From positions 80,166,001-80,230,000 of the forward strand of contig NC_135887.1 of the NCBI RefSeq assembly GCF_964194155.1: a stretch of 64,000 nt of DNA, given 5' to 3'. Under the pieces are notes generated by a model, which saw nothing but the letters and a program-made list of their open reading frames with translations, was not told the DNA's origin and searched no databases. A program made the translations under genes and the position numbers. Positions 48,315 to 62,289 of this stretch are shown one piece after another; positions within the stretch are counted from its first letter, which is position 1; every line of letters starts with the position of its first letter. The DNA is from Cetorhinus maximus. Lineage: Eukaryota.

Positions 48315-49928
48315 GTACATTTGATCTAAATTACTGGATGTTGCCTAGCATTGCTCATAGTAAATTGGTGGATACACTGTTACCAGGGCAGAAGCATGAT
48401 TGTACATTATTCTGATGCTAAGTTGGAGTCACCCCCTTGAGGCTACGAAGTCCAGTTGGTGTTAAATAAACATAGTCACGTGATTTAGAGTTTAACTGTT
48501 GTAGTGAGGAGTATTTGCAGATTGAAAGACATTTGTGAATTTCAGGCTCTAGGTTCGAAGCTTGGCACCATTTCTCTCTTCAGACTGATTTGTACCTGAG
48601 AAAGGATGACACTTTGAAGTGTGATGGACACATGTTAGGGCAAGAGTATTGCACTTATACCAGTGGGCTTTCTGTGGCATTGCTCGAAGTGAAGATATGC
48701 TATTTTTAATAATTCTCTCTCTGCTTCTTTCCAAGCTCCATCCCTCTATCTTTGACTTCTATCCTTTCTCTCTGATTTTTCACTGTATAGTTCTCCTTAG
48801 GAAGCTCCTTCCTAAAGTACTGTGGCATATCCTTAATTAGGACATTGGTATTAGTTAATGGTTATATTCTGCTGTTGCTGATTATGAGGTGACAATGGAG
48901 GAATGATTGTGGAGATAGCTTCTGATTTCTTTGATATCATTTTAACTATCTTATTATGAGGAAGATTATCCTGCCCATTCCCTGCCCATGCTTCTCCTAC
49001 TTGAAAGAGCCTAAGTACCTCTCTTTACAGCATTCAGTTGGTTTTTAAATGATTCCAGGATTTTCACCTTTATCTAGAAGTCCTGTCCACATATTGATCA
49101 CCTTATATACATCTGTAAGATTACTTGTGAGATCCTCCATTTGAGGATAAAAAGACCAAGCTTCTCCAATCTTTCCTCATAACTTTTGGCATTAGTCTTT
49201 CTGTGCCTTAATGGTCTAAGGGGAAGATCCTAATCCATGCCTTCAAATTCCTGTGTATTCTCACTTTGCTCTAGATATGGTGTTCACCAACTCTTTGCAA
49301 CAACTCACGCCCTCTGCTTTTCTCACTCGGTTTAACTGTTTGATTTCCACGCCAACCACGCCCCCATGCTGTGCTTCACCGGAGGATGTTCCTCTAATCT
49401 CTGCAGTTCTCTCTGAAGACCACTTGGCCTTATTCCCTCTCTAAGTCAGTATTCAAAGGCTTGTTTTAGCCCTGTATCTTGTAGTGTGCCTTCAGTCCCC
49501 TAAATCTGACTTCCTGCACAGTGCCCACTGTCTCCTCTTGCTAAATGCTTTGAGATATTCTTTCAGCTGGCATGCACCACAGAAATGTCGGTTATATTGC
49601 AGGATAATTGGTAATGATTACACTAAATCACAATTCCAAAGATTGGGAAATGTTGACCAGAAAATTAGATTAGGAATTTGGTGGTGGTGGATTATTTATG
49701 AGCTGTGGGTTGAATGTGCCTTGTTCTGATCTGATCACAGTTAGAATAAAGTGGACACCTGTGCTGTCAGGAGTCTGTATTATGTGAACATTGAGTTGAC
49801 CTTAAGATTGTAGTGGTGAACTGCTGATCCAAGTGTGTTCGCATTGTACCAAAAGATAATACTGAAAAGCACATTATTGATCAAGACTGTTGCCTGATTT
49901 AACATAATTTTTCCTTGTGCACGGGCAG

Positions 49929-50039
49929 GAAGTGCTAATCCGGATGCCATATATTCCTCCTCAGTCTGACCACCAAAGGGAGGTCGTGATTCGGACACTT
50001 AGTGAGAGCTGGAGTGATGTGGATACCAAGGTGTTCGAG
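49929..50039 (+). CDS. PIDD1: PIDD1 ZU5-1 exon
   Basis: EVLIRMPYIPPQSDHQREVVIRTLSESWSDVDTKVFE; 111 nt, phase 0-0. An alternative in-frame donor after 50030 cannot be excluded. Confidence 0.85.
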
Positions 50040-51506
50040 GTATTTTCTCACTGTGGAGCTAATCAGTCAGGTTCATATTTTTATAAGTGTATTTAAAGCG
50101 GACAGTTTGTTTTTTCTGAGTGGTCCTTTAAATGCTAAATGTTGCAAAGGGAAACATCCGTATGTTTATTCGTGTCTCTTACTTGCTCTTGGTTACTATA
50201 TTTTATGCTTTCAAAATGATAGAGACCACCTCCAGAATGTATAAACTGAGCACACATTACTTTTCTCCTCCCTACTGGGCGCGTGGCTGAGGGAGACCAG
50301 GCAAAGGCTGTGCAAATATAACTAGGAAAAAATTGTGTGATGGCTCTATTCTGCTTTTGTCAGAGGTTGGTGCCAGCCATGGCTGCTGCTCTGCTCTATT
50401 TAAGGGTTGCATGACAATATTAATGCATCTATGAGTGAAATATTATAGCCGCAGGTTTATTGGGAAATAATCTATACTGATAAACTCAAGCTTTCTATAT
50501 ATTGTAAAGCAGGCAGCTGTATGCTGACTGAAAAATGAATACTGGTAAAGTACAAGTGGAATTTTATTGATAAATTTTGTAATTAATCCTTTCGCCTGTT
50601 TAAAGACTACAATGATCAGACTTATACATGGCACTGTGATGAAGTTGTTGAATACAATATTAATTTCCCGAATGAAGAACAGTTGATTCACAGTTAAAGG
50701 TATCAGTGACTTGTATGGCTTTCCCTCAACAGTAAACATTGTTTTCATCAACTTTTTAAGCAGTATTTTATTTGTAAAACGTCTGTGTGATATATTAGTT
50801 TTAAAAGTTAGCAATAATGGATGCAATTTTGGGTCAGTATGGTGTTAGCAACATTCACGCTTGGCTGTCTGTAACATCAACCAGAATTCTTTGGGGACTG
50901 AGTCACTCTCTGAGTCATCACACTGAAACAACACATTGACGAATGTATCCTTCCTTTTATTTGGATATGGTCTTGGTTGGGGAAGTTTGTTACAGTTAGT
51001 TTCTTATAGTTTTGGTTGTGCAAGTCCAGTGTAGGTTGTACGGTGTGTCTTTCTCTAGTGGTCAGTCATATGATGTTAGTGAGTTTTTTTATTTTTGTTT
51101 GCACCATGTTGATGCTGCAGAATTCTTCAAAGGTAGTCATGGTGATGCAGTTCCCATGGTTACAAGCATTTGCTGGTCTTTGCCTTCTATATATAGAATA
51201 AATTCCATTCTCCACTACAGGCAAAACATCATGTCTCCCGTACTGCTCTGTGTCGATAATTTAATTAAAACTTTTATAATTTTACCTGTACAAAAACAAT
51301 ATTAATATTTAAATGCAGAGGAAACCTCACAGCCATACTTTTAAGTCCAGTTATCCCTAGCATTCTCTTCCCATTTCTTTTTAAATTAGCTTAAGTAAAT
51401 TGTCCCATTAGTGACATTAGAAATCAGCATGTATAGTTCAGGAAAGGCTTACTTCTAACATCTTTAATTCCGAGGTTGCATCTTTGTTGAAGCAACTGAA
51501 ATTTTA

Positions 51507-54500
51507 GGGCTGAATTTAACAGATTGCAGTAGTGTCATGGTGGTATAAGAGGAAGTGTGTGGCTCGACCGCTCCCGCCCTGCCCCTTTCTCCCTCCGCGA
51601 TTAAGCACCGGTCAGCCAATTAGTGGCAGCCAATTGTTGGATGAGGGCGGGACACCCTGTAGTGGCAGGGCATACCATGACCTGCATGATTTAAAGGGCC
51701 GCCGGCAGTGTTGTTGACACATGGAGGAGCAGTATCTGGCATTCCGCTGCCTATCAGCTCAGAGGAAAGGCAGTGCTGTAGGAAGAGAGAGGAGGAGGAG
51801 CCTAAAATCACTGGGCAACACATCCGGCCTTGTTATGCTAACACTGATGTCAGCTGCCATCTCTGCCATCTCCCGGATTAAAATGGTGGAGATCACAACT
51901 GCTCCCCCACCGCCCAGAGTGACCCATTTCTAGACCATTGGCTGCCATGAGCAGTGAAGGTGGTGAAAAGCCAGGCAGCCCCACGTTTGATGATGATTCT
52001 GTGCATGCCCTCCTCTAGGCTGTGACTGAACGATGGAGGTTCTCCTACCACAGATAGGAAAAGGAGACCTCCCCACAAGACCAGGGAAGCCTGAATGGAA
52101 GTGGCAAAGGAGATAAGTAGCCATGCGGTCATCTAGAGGACTTGGCTACAGTGCTACAAGAGGCTGAATGACCACCACTATTCTGCAAGGGCGAGTGATA
52201 AACCGAACTCGCAATGTGGGTGCACACAGATGGGAGGGTATGTGGATGCACATGGGAAGTGGATGTCAGGAAAATGGAGGAATGGACACCACGCAGCCAG
52301 AGTGCCAACTGAAGGAGCTTCGACACCCTGCCTGGTTGGGGCTGGAAAGGTAGGGTGGCATGCAAGCAACAACGGCACATGGAGGAGCAAGGCACCATAG
52401 GTTGTGGGGCCAACGCTAAAGGCTTGATCTCTCCAGGGATGAAAATCATCACTCTCTCATTGTCTTCTCAGGAAAAGAGGGCCCATAATTCCCGAGAGAG
52501 GTCAAGGACCAGTGAAGGAGTGCCCAACCTGGGAGTCAGATGGAGGAAGACATCCTGCAGCTGGCCAGTCACCAAGGGCGCAGATATGTTGGCCGTGGAG
52601 AGGCTGGATCCTGTGCCGGGTGTAGTGAGCATCTGAGGACTCTCGCTTGGTTCAGTGGGGTGGTTGTGTGGCTGTGGTGATGGAAGGATGGGTTTGTATT
52701 GGGCAAAAGCTGAAAGGGCATTACTCTTGTCTCATGAGTTACATGGTGTAGGTGTCTGTTTGAGATGTGGCGATCTGCAGTGTTGAACGGTGTTCATCTT
52801 CCTGTTTTCTCCAACAGGTCATCGGCCCCAGCAGCCACTGTCCCCAAGGGACAGGCATTGATCTCTGAGGAAGATGGAGGGACCTTGGAGGGTGCACCTA
52901 CCCATCCTTGCTCTGCACCTTCCACCAGCTCAGATGCCTGTAACCCAGTGGGTGTGCAGGCGTCGGCCAACACAGTAGCACAAACTGGTTTGCACACTGC
53001 AAAAGCGCTGGACCAGCTGTCAGAAGCTGTGACAGTCCAGGTCTTAGACACTTGGAGGTGTGTGGGAGTGCAGATTGTTGCTGAGCCCCAGGCTGATGAC
53101 GAGCCTCTGGAGTCATCCTTAAGCAGGCAGATGCTGGACGTATAGTGGGAGGTGCGTGAAGATCTAGCAGTGATTCCAGGAGGTATGCGCGCCCTGGCAT
53201 GGACAGTGGAGAAATCCATCCAGGCCACGAGTGTTGCAATTCCTTCTCGCCTGCACATGTGGCTTCCTCCATTGAGAGATTGGCGACTCTCATGGAGAGC
53301 CAGAATCAGCGGAACAGTCAGGGAATGCTCGGCAATGGGCACTCCTGAAGGTGACAGTGGCTCTTCCACCGCTCTGCCAGTGACACCAGTGCCTCAGGGT
53401 GGTGTGGTGACAGAGGAAACTCCTGTCATTGTGCAGGAGTCCCTCACAACACCGAGGTTCTCACCTCCTCAAATGACTGTGGATGTCTGCCAAGGCCATC
53501 CCAGGTGAAGGCCCGTGAAAGTCAGCAGTCTGCCTCCAGCACAGGGGAAGCACCATGGCATAGGTAGAATTAAGAAATCACTCTAGGCGTGCATGGGTCA
53601 TCACGGGTGCTCGCTGAAGTCATTTTTCTGTGTGAGGTATTGTTTGTGGATCTTTATTAAATACATATTACCGAATATGATCGTGCTTTTGCAGTGAGGA
53701 ATCTCGGGGTTAGATGGTAGTGTAAATGGCTGCGAGCCCATGAGTACTTGGTGATATCTGAGGTGGCACAGGTCCTCAGAGGTTCCTTCGCCGAGGCACT
53801 GTGCAATGCTGACCTTGATGGTGTTGGCTTTGAATGGTCATACGGGGTTGCAGAATGGGAGATTGCGAAGCACTGGTCTTTGTATTAAAAGGTCTCACAT
53901 CCTCCCTTTTAGACCCCCAAGTCTCCCTGGCAGCCAATCCCTGTTGATCCTCAGGTGGAAGAGCAGGCTAGTCTGGATCGTTCTGATCCTCTTCTGATTC
54001 CTCACCCGATTCTCCATTTGTGGATGCGTGCTGGTCAATGAGATCCTCTTCTGCCAGGGCTGCCTCATTTCTGAAGCACAAGGTTGTGAAGAGCACAGCA
54101 GAAAACCAAAATCAAGGAGACACAAGCTGGCACCACTGTCTCAGTCCAGGCATTTGCATCTCATTTGGAGTAGATCGACACCATTCCTTAATGGTGTCAA
54201 GAGCCATCTCTCTATCAGATATGCCCTGTCACCAAGTATCCATCACTCCAATAGCAGTGTTGGGGTGAATAGCTGGGGCACCTGGGAGCACCTGAGGATA
54301 TAGGCATCATGGTTACTGCCAGGATACTGGGCACTAACCTGCATGATCCTCTGGTGATGGTCATATACACGTACATTCAGGGAGTGAAACCCCTTGCCAT
54401 CCATGAATGCCCTTGGCTGGTCCATTGGTACCTGGGTGGCCACAGGTGTGCACTTGATGACGCTCTCAGTTTGAGGAATCCCACTATGACACCAAGCCCT

Positions 54501-55511
54501 CTGGCTCTCTTGGCCTGACTGACCTCATCTGCAGTGTAGTCAATGAAGTCATCCGCTCTCCTGAAAAGGGCATCGCCCTGATACAGTGATGGGTTCATGC
54601 CTGTGAGATGCCACACAGACCTCTAGCTGCTCCCTGGAAGGACCGCGAAGCATAAGAGTTCCAAGGCAGCTGTCACCTTGAGAGCAATGGGGAGCGGGTG
54701 GTCACCAGTTCACTTGGAACTTATCTACCCTGCCAACATTTCACATGGAGATGTTATTGCCTCCTGGAAGAGACGCAGCCGGTGAAAACACTGGCATTGC
54801 AGATAGTTTGAGCATTGCCTGTGTGCTTGCCTGCTGTGTAAGTTCTTCTTGGCTGGCCTTGCTGAGCGTGATCTCTGCAGCCTTCTGCCCCATCAACCTC
54901 ACCCAGTACCTCCTGCAGCTGGTCAGCAGGGTAATACTATCTCTGTCCAGCTGCCCTCCTCTTCTTCCTCCTGCTGTTCTCTTCCTTGTGGAAGAGCCTT
55001 CACCAGAGTGCACCATGTCCATGGGGCCAGCGACCTATTTCTTTCAGTGTGACCCTCCTCATTTAAGAATCCTCTGTGGCTCCAGAGCCCCTTAAACTGT
55101 GACTCCCTTCTGAATCCTCCTTTGTAGTATATTACCTTGAGAAGTTGGCCCAGGATCAATCAATGAAAAGCCCCTCGCCTCTAGCAGCAGGCTCAGCTGC
55201 TGCCTTCACCTTCTCAGAGTGAGTCCAAGCTGCAGTTTGCTGTCCATGAAAAGCTGCTGTGAATCATTGCCCCTGTTTGGCCTGTGACTTCCTGAAAAAT
55301 TGCATGGACCACATCAAATTTGCATTGGCAATTTAATTGCCTTAATTAGCTCTTAATTGTTGATTTCTGAAAAGCAGGCGGGTTTTTGATCGCCTTCCAA
55401 GTTGTTGCAGACAGGTGTCATGACATCGGCTACCTGACCCTGCGACACGATCCTCAATTTTACAGAGGAGAGACAGCCGCCCAATGCATTCCCTAGTGTA
55501 AAATTGAGCCC
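51507..55511. mobile_element. PIF/Harbinger DNA transposon, near full length but degenerate, in a PIDD1 intron
   Basis: TIRs GGGCTGAATTT...AAATTGAGCCC with TTA on both sides. + strand Myb/SANT-like remnant (~51960-52175, RTWLQCYKRLND). - strand DDE transposase remnant (~53850-54750, KGFHSLNV...YPGSNHDAYIL...WLLTPL). Convergent ORFs. Confidence 0.88.
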
Positions 55512-55626
55512 TTAGTGTAGAAATAGTTTGTGGATTTATGTGGTTTACACTGTGAAGGTAAATTCCAACGTTTGCTACTGCTTTTTCCAGTCATTTCTTT
55601 TGCAAACCAATCTTTTTCCTTTATAG

Positions 55627-55809
55627 TCACAATATATGGCCTGCTGCAGCGTGCTCCATTTCTCCTGGTTCCTTGTCATTTCTCGACTGAAGGAGAATAA
55701 ATGTACCGTCCCCCTTGAGGGAACCAGACTGTTTTCTTCTGTGGATCCCAACATAAAGGTGACCTTCCCACCTGGGGCAGTAAATGAGTCTCGCAAAGTA
55801 AAAATGCAG
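55627..55809 (+). CDS. PIDD1: PIDD1 exon with first HFSW autocleavage motif and start of ZU5-2
   Basis: SQYMACCSVLHFSWFLVISR...VPLEGTRLFSSVDPNIKVTFPPGAVNESRKVKMQ; 183 nt, phase 0-0. Confidence 0.95.
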
Positions 55810-55964
55810 GTTTGTGCATCATGTTAAATATTAAACCCTGGAAATAAAGTACCTAACATATCTCCGTCCATTAAACAACCTTTTGTTTTATTCTGTGATT
55901 GTATGCATATCTGGTTTCTTGCTCAGCCAAACACTTTTTAAAATCTCCTTAAATTTACATACAG

Positions 55965-56112
55965 GTGTTACCAGTTGCTGTAGAGGAGTTACACAAGCTC
56001 CTAAATGATCAAGATTCTGTAGCAAGTGCTTTGCTCTGTTTGTCACAGAATACAACCGACAACTTCCTGAAACCAGTCAAGGTTCAGCTTCCATTACCCA
56101 GTGGGATCACAG
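55965..56112 (+). CDS. PIDD1: PIDD1 ZU5-2 exon
   Basis: VLPVAVEELHKLL...ALLCLSQNTTDNFLKPVKVQLPLPSGIT(G); 148 nt, AG / GTCAGT. Confidence 0.95.
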
Positions 56113-56964
56113 GTCAGTGTTTTAATACCTCTGTAGAAATGACTTAAATAGCAATGTGTTTGGGAGATTAAGTGTGTTATGGATGACAATAGCCTTGTTT
56201 CATTTCTGATGTCCAGAATCAAATTTAATTGGAGCAATTTAAAAGAATGCAGAGACTAGGGAGTGTACATAGATAGGTCTTTGAAAGTTGCAGAACAAAT
56301 TGAGAAGACAATTTTTTTATTATTCATGGAATGTGTGCATTGCCCATCCTTAATTACCCTTGAGAAAGTGGTGGTGAACTGCCTTCTTGAAACACTGCTG
56401 TCCATCTGGTGAAGGCACTCCCACTGAGCTGTTAGCTAGGAAGGTCAGGATTTTGGCCCAGCCACAGTGAAGGAATGACAATATTATTCCAAGTCAGGAT
56501 GGCATGTGGCTTGAATGCAAATGTGATGTGCTGGTATTCCTGTGTACCTGTTGCCCTTGCCCTAGGAGATAAAGGTGCTGTAGAAGGAGCCTTGGTGTGT
56601 TGCCACAGTGCATCTTGTAGTTGGTACACACTGTTGCTCTTGTTTGCCAGTGGTGGAGGAAATTAATGTTAAGGTGGTGGATGAGATGCCAGCCAAGCAG
56701 ATTCCTTTGTCCTATATGGTGTCGAGCTTCTTGAAGCTGCACGCATCCAGGCAAATGGAGAGTATTTTATCACATTCCGGAGGTTTTGGAAGGCAGGAGG
56801 CGAGTCACTCACTGAATGATACCCAACTTCTGACCTGCTCTTGTAGCCATATTGTTTATCTGTCTAGACCGGTTAAGTTTCTGGCCAACGATGACCCTCA
56901 CGATGGTGGGGGATTTGATCATGGTAATGCTGTTGAATGTCAAGCGGAGGTGGGTTAGACTTTC

Positions 56965-57270
56965 TTGTTGCAGATGGTAGATAGGATCCTTGGCTTTATA
57001 AATAAAGGCATAGAGTACAAAAGCAAGGAAGTTATGCTAAACCTTATAAAATGCTGGTTAGGCCGCAGCTGGAGTACTTTGGCCAATTATGGGCACCAGA
57101 ATTTAGGAAGAATGTCAAGGCCTCGGAGTGGGGACAGAGGGGATTTACGGGAATGGTAGCAAGGATGAACAATTCCAGTTACATGGAGACACTAGAGAAA
57201 CTGGGCTTGCTCCTCCTGGAGCAGAGAAGGTTACTGAGAAAATTGATTGATGCTTTTAATGTGGTTAAAG
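56965..57270 (+). mobile_element. CR1 ORF2 fragment
   Basis: ILGFINKGIEYKSKEVML and LVRPQLEYFGQLWAP. Confidence 0.75.
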
Positions 57271-58071
57271 AATACCTGTTAATTGCATACATACACAGTC
57301 AATTCACAGATCACATCCAGCTATTAACCAAATAACTATTAACAGAAACCTCACCCCATTTAGATGTTTAACCAGTTCAAAGCAGGTTACTATTTTAATC
57401 TCACAAGATAACGTCACGTAAATACACCAGTTTCCTTTTCTCCAATTTTATTACAGAGTATTAGCTGAACATGACATTCTCAGGAATATTTTACTGACCT
57501 GTGCAAACCAAGCTCAGTTTCTCAGTGTTATTTAATAATTCAAGGAATTTACATTATTGCAACACAATTGAAGACTTAAGCAAGACAAACTGATGATTTT
57601 TCCACAATTATAAGAACCAAATCAGCAGGATAATAATATAAGCTGGAAATGCTAGAAATACTCAACAAACCAGGCAGCTTAATAATGGCACTTGCTCACT
57701 GTATGAGACCAAATTGAATGCACCCTAGCGTCACAGCAGCAGCTGGTTCCCCACCTCCGCTCCCTTCCTGTTGAAAGTAAATGTAAGGTTTCACTGCTGG
57801 CATGGGGTGTGGAAGTGCTATGAGGGGACCCTTTTGAATTTACCTTTCAAAAGGTTCCCTCATGCAGACCATAGTTCACGACACTCCTTGGTTGCTGTGA
57901 GCCACAACTCTTTGAAATACTGGCCCCACTCCAGGAAAATTGCGAAGGACTAGGACATGTCTATCCACGCAATGGAGCTGGCCAAGTCGGGAGTGCAGGG
58001 TGCAGGTTTACAACACATACCAGCCCACGCCATTAAAAGGCATTCCTGAAAATGGGAAACCCTGGGAATTT

Positions 58072-58375
58072 TTAAAAATATTCATTCACGGGATGTGGGC
58101 GTCACTGGCGAGGCCAGCATTTATTGCTCATCCCTAATTGCCCTTGTTTAGACAGCAGATTTCCTTCCTTAAAGGATATTAGTGAACCAGATGGGTTTTT
58201 ACAACAGTCAACAATGGTTTCATGGTCATCATTAGACTTTTAATTCCAGAGTTTTATTGAATTCAAATTCCATCATCTGCCGTGGCATGATTCAAACACA
58301 AGTCCCCAGAGCATTACCCTGGGTATCTGGATTATCAGCCCAGCGACAACACCACTACGCCATCGCCTCCCCTTA
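58072..58375 (-). mobile_element. tRNA-derived SINE (HE1-like); related copies ~7235-7530 (+), ~28810-28930 (+), ~21230-22800 (split)
   Basis: The minus strand has an A-box-like ggcgtagtggt, a B-box-like gtttgaatc, and the tail gggcaattagggatgagcaataaatgctggcc. Confidence 0.65.
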
Positions 58376-60773
58376 GGAATCCTGGAATCAGGTCCCGCCT
58401 GCCATTTTTAAAGGACTCCCGAGTCATCCCGACTGAGTAAAAATCCAGCCTGTAGTACCCAAATTAATTTTCGGAATTAATTCTGTCATTTTATCTAATA
58501 ATGATACAACACTAATGAGTCTATAGCTACTTTGGTCTCTTTGCCACCCTTTTGAACTTAGGATGCCATTTGAGCTGTTTCTAGTAGGTTCTGAATCTCT
58601 CCAGTACGCTACAATTTCCATATAATGACCATTAATTCTTCCCAAATCTCTTATTTTTTCCTCTTTCAGCGTACAGATGTAAACACATTAATGGCTTGGA
58701 ATTTCTGCTGGTCGCACTGCTTTTTTTTGCAAAATTGTCCTGAAATTGGTCAAACTAATGCCAAAAAACCATGAAATTTTGAGCGTGCATTACTTCCAGC
58801 ATGAATCAAATTTCCGCCATCCTTTGCACTAGTTTAACAAAATATATGCTGGAAGCTGGTCTTGCCCACCGTACTTGTCACTCTCTCAGCTCAAGTTAAT
58901 CACCATTGTATTAATAAAACTGCAGCAAGTTATCATTTGTAAACATATCAAGGAACATATTTTAAAGCAAGAATTATTTCTTTTAAATTACATTCTAAAT
59001 GCTGCATGATTGTGCTGTTTCATGGCAGATTTGATGTTTGGCAACGGAAATAGAGTAATTTTGGTCACAGTTTGTGCCTGGATTGATGATTGTGCCTAAG
59101 GCGAAAGCTCCAACCGTTCTTTCCCTGGGGCTTTTAAAGTCATTTATGTTGGAGTTGTGAATTCTTATGTTATTGCAGTTGGGAAGGGCTTGTTGCTCAT
59201 ATTTTCCATAGTGAATGTTTGCAATATGTTCATCTGCTATTTTGGCTCCGTGCGCATCTTCTAAGAACCTCTGACTGCTTTCTTACTGTTATGTTTTTTT
59301 CCATGCCTTGCTTTGCTCTGACGTCCTTGTATTTTTTCTGGATGACTCTATTCATCTTGGGAAACTCCTTCAACTTTTGTTGTATAGGATTTTGAGAGGT
59401 TATTTTTCATTTCTGTCTACTTAGTTAATCCATTTAGGATCACACTTTTTGGTCTGCATTTGCCTAATCCTGGATATATATTTTGAATTTTCAGTATTTT
59501 GATTTTAAGGATGTTTAATTTGTCCTTCAGTGAAATGTTATTGAACAAACCCTTCCCCCCGAATCAACAATTTGCTTTACCTTCATTTTCTTAACTATTG
59601 ATTTTTTTTAAAAACTAATATACTTGATTCTTGATCTTTAGTATTTCTGAATCTCAGATTATGTTGAACTTGGTCATTCTGTGATTGCTATCCTCCTAGG
59701 CCAGAAGTTTCATATCATCCATGGAATTTGGGTCACTTCATTACCAAGACAAGATGCACAGTCAAGCATGACATTTGCTGATGTATACTCCAAATGACTT
59801 GGATTTTCCAAGTTTATACTTGGTGGATTAAAGTCCTCGATTAAAATAATTTTGTTGATTTCACACAGGTTTCTTTGTAGAGCAAACTGTCTTCTTCCTT
59901 CTGGGTATCCCTTCTGTCTGCCAATAGCAAGGATTCTTTATAAAAGGAGCTTGGGTGCAAACTCTCAGCACAAATGCACACATAGATTGGTATAGCTTCT
60001 GTCAGAGACACCATAAAGATGGTTGTTGCCAGAATTTTTCTTTTAAATCACAGTGCAGTCTTTTGTTTAAGCATCTTATTAGAGCATGGGGAACTTTACT
60101 CTGCGTCTGACCTTGCTTTATCTGTCCTAACAGTGCAGATTGTGGATGCAGTATGCTTAAAATGGCAAAACATCATTTCACATTCCTGGTGTTCTGGCAT
60201 TGCTCCTTAGATCTCTCTGCCTATGTACTTTTCTCTCCTCCTTTAAGACTCTCCTTAAAACCTACCTGCTTGACCAAGCTTTTGGTCATCTGCTCAAATA
60301 TCTTCTTATGTGGCTCAGTCTTGCATGTTGGTTGATAATGCTCCTGTGAAAGGTCTTGAGACGTTTTACCATGCTAAAGGTGCTATGTAAATACAAGTTG
60401 TTGTTGTGTTGGTCAACTGCCTAATTTTAATACTTAATATTTATTTCCTTTTTTTCACATCCAAGCACAATTTTCTCCATCAGAGCCAAGCGCATTCTGT
60501 ACCTGTAAGGGTAGGTAGGGACTCTGGGTTATATTTCTGCTGATTTAGGAGAGAATGAGAAGAGCTCTGGATGGCTGTTCACTTCCTCTATGGAAATGCA
60601 CATAGTCTTTACTAAACTATACTTGCCTGGGTGATTAGAAATTTGTGCACTTGTATCTTCTAAAAAAAAATCATTTTTGAATCATGTACTATTTCTGTTT
60701 TGATAGCTTATTGGAACTAGTAATTCTATTCAGTTTTAAACGATCTGATTTTTTAAATTAACTTCTGATCCAG

Positions 60774-60909
60774 GTTCAAATTTGGACCGCTCCAAATTAC
60801 ACTTACTTCATGGAGATCCAGAAGTCCAGGACTGGATGGACGTTACTAATCAGGTCGTGCTGGAATTCACTCACTTGTATGCTCTTTTTGAAGTTAACCA
60901 TTTCTCGTG
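60774..60909 (+). CDS. PIDD1: PIDD1 exon with second HFSW autocleavage motif; UPA and death-domain exons not found in the window
   Basis: GSNLDRSKLHLLHGDPEVQDWMDVTNQVVLEFTHLYALFEVNHFS(W); 136 nt, donor GTAAG. Confidence 0.95.
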
Positions 60910-62289
60910 GTAAGATTTTATAAAGTTTCACTCTTTCGACTCATTGTTTGACTCTGATACTTTTCGAACATTTTCTCCTCCTTATAGTTGAGGGGGAGCC
61001 AAGCAGGTCCTTTTGTGACCATATTGGCTATAAGCTAACATCCCTGGTGCTGGGAGATGAATTAAGTTGACCCTGACTTGCAACCTTTGTGGTCAATACA
61101 TGAGCGAAGCAGCTCAGCAACATTCCAATATCCTATCAATGATTAACAGTTAACCCAGCTTATTGAGAGGATTTGGAGTGGCAAACTTGTCATTGGGAGA
61201 TGGACCTTTTCCCACTTAACTCTGGATAATTTTAAAATAAAACAATGCCCTAACTGAACAAGTAGAGGGAAGTTTACCAGTGAATTATGCTAGTATGCTG
61301 TGCAGAATGTAGACTCCAGAAGTATTTCTGTGCAAACTCAGAGGCCCTTAGCCTCGGCTAAGTTGGCTCTGAGCAAAAAGTTTTCTGGGCTTAGCTGAGT
61401 GCTGGGTGCCTACTCTGGGTACAATGGGAACTCCATATCCGGAAGATTGAAATTTCTGCAGTGGAATTCTCATTTATTGGTTTGGAAACTCTTAAGCAGG
61501 GTGATAATTTCCAAATATGTCTGTCACCCAGCTAACAAAGAAAAATCAACCAATGGAATCTTCTGGAATGTAATGGAAATTACTTGGTTAAAAGAGGCCT
61601 TGTCATAGCTCTCCAGCTCCAAAAGTTATTGGAAAAGTGCAAGTGTCAATGTTAGAGGCCATTTTAGCTAAATAGCCTTGAGCACTTCACTGCCTTCCAC
61701 ATGAGTGGCTGCCCAGGAATGCAGACTGCACATAACTTGGACATTGATGCACGATTCTTATATGGAAGAGAGCTGATTTGTTTAGCCCATTACTGCAGTT
61801 AAATAATTACATAAAAATTCATTGCTATTCTGAATATGATAAAGGAAAGTAGCTGGCTCTGAAGGAAGATATCTTAAAATACAAACTGCATCTTGGCTAG
61901 AGTTGACTAGAATTCCCGAAGTAAAATGCGTTAATAGTAATGGGTGGGGTTGAAAAAATAAGCCATTTGAATTATTTCCAGGAAAGTGTGATGACTGCAG
62001 TGCAAAATATGTGCTTGATATTTGTGCTTTATTTGCTTTTCACTGGATAATTAATGCTCATGTTCTCTCAAGTTATTTTTGCCCTTTTATGCCTACATAA
62101 CAGCAATGACTACATTCCAAAAGTAACTCGTTTATTGTGAGGGATGTCTGCAGAGAAGGGAACCTTAACCCCTAAGAATGTGTGGGTGGGGCAGATCAAA
62201 TTTTGGATTTTTCAACTGGGAATGCAACTATTCATGTTACAGGACTTATAGACAAAGCTCATCTTTCTTGACCTGACATGCAGTGCTTT

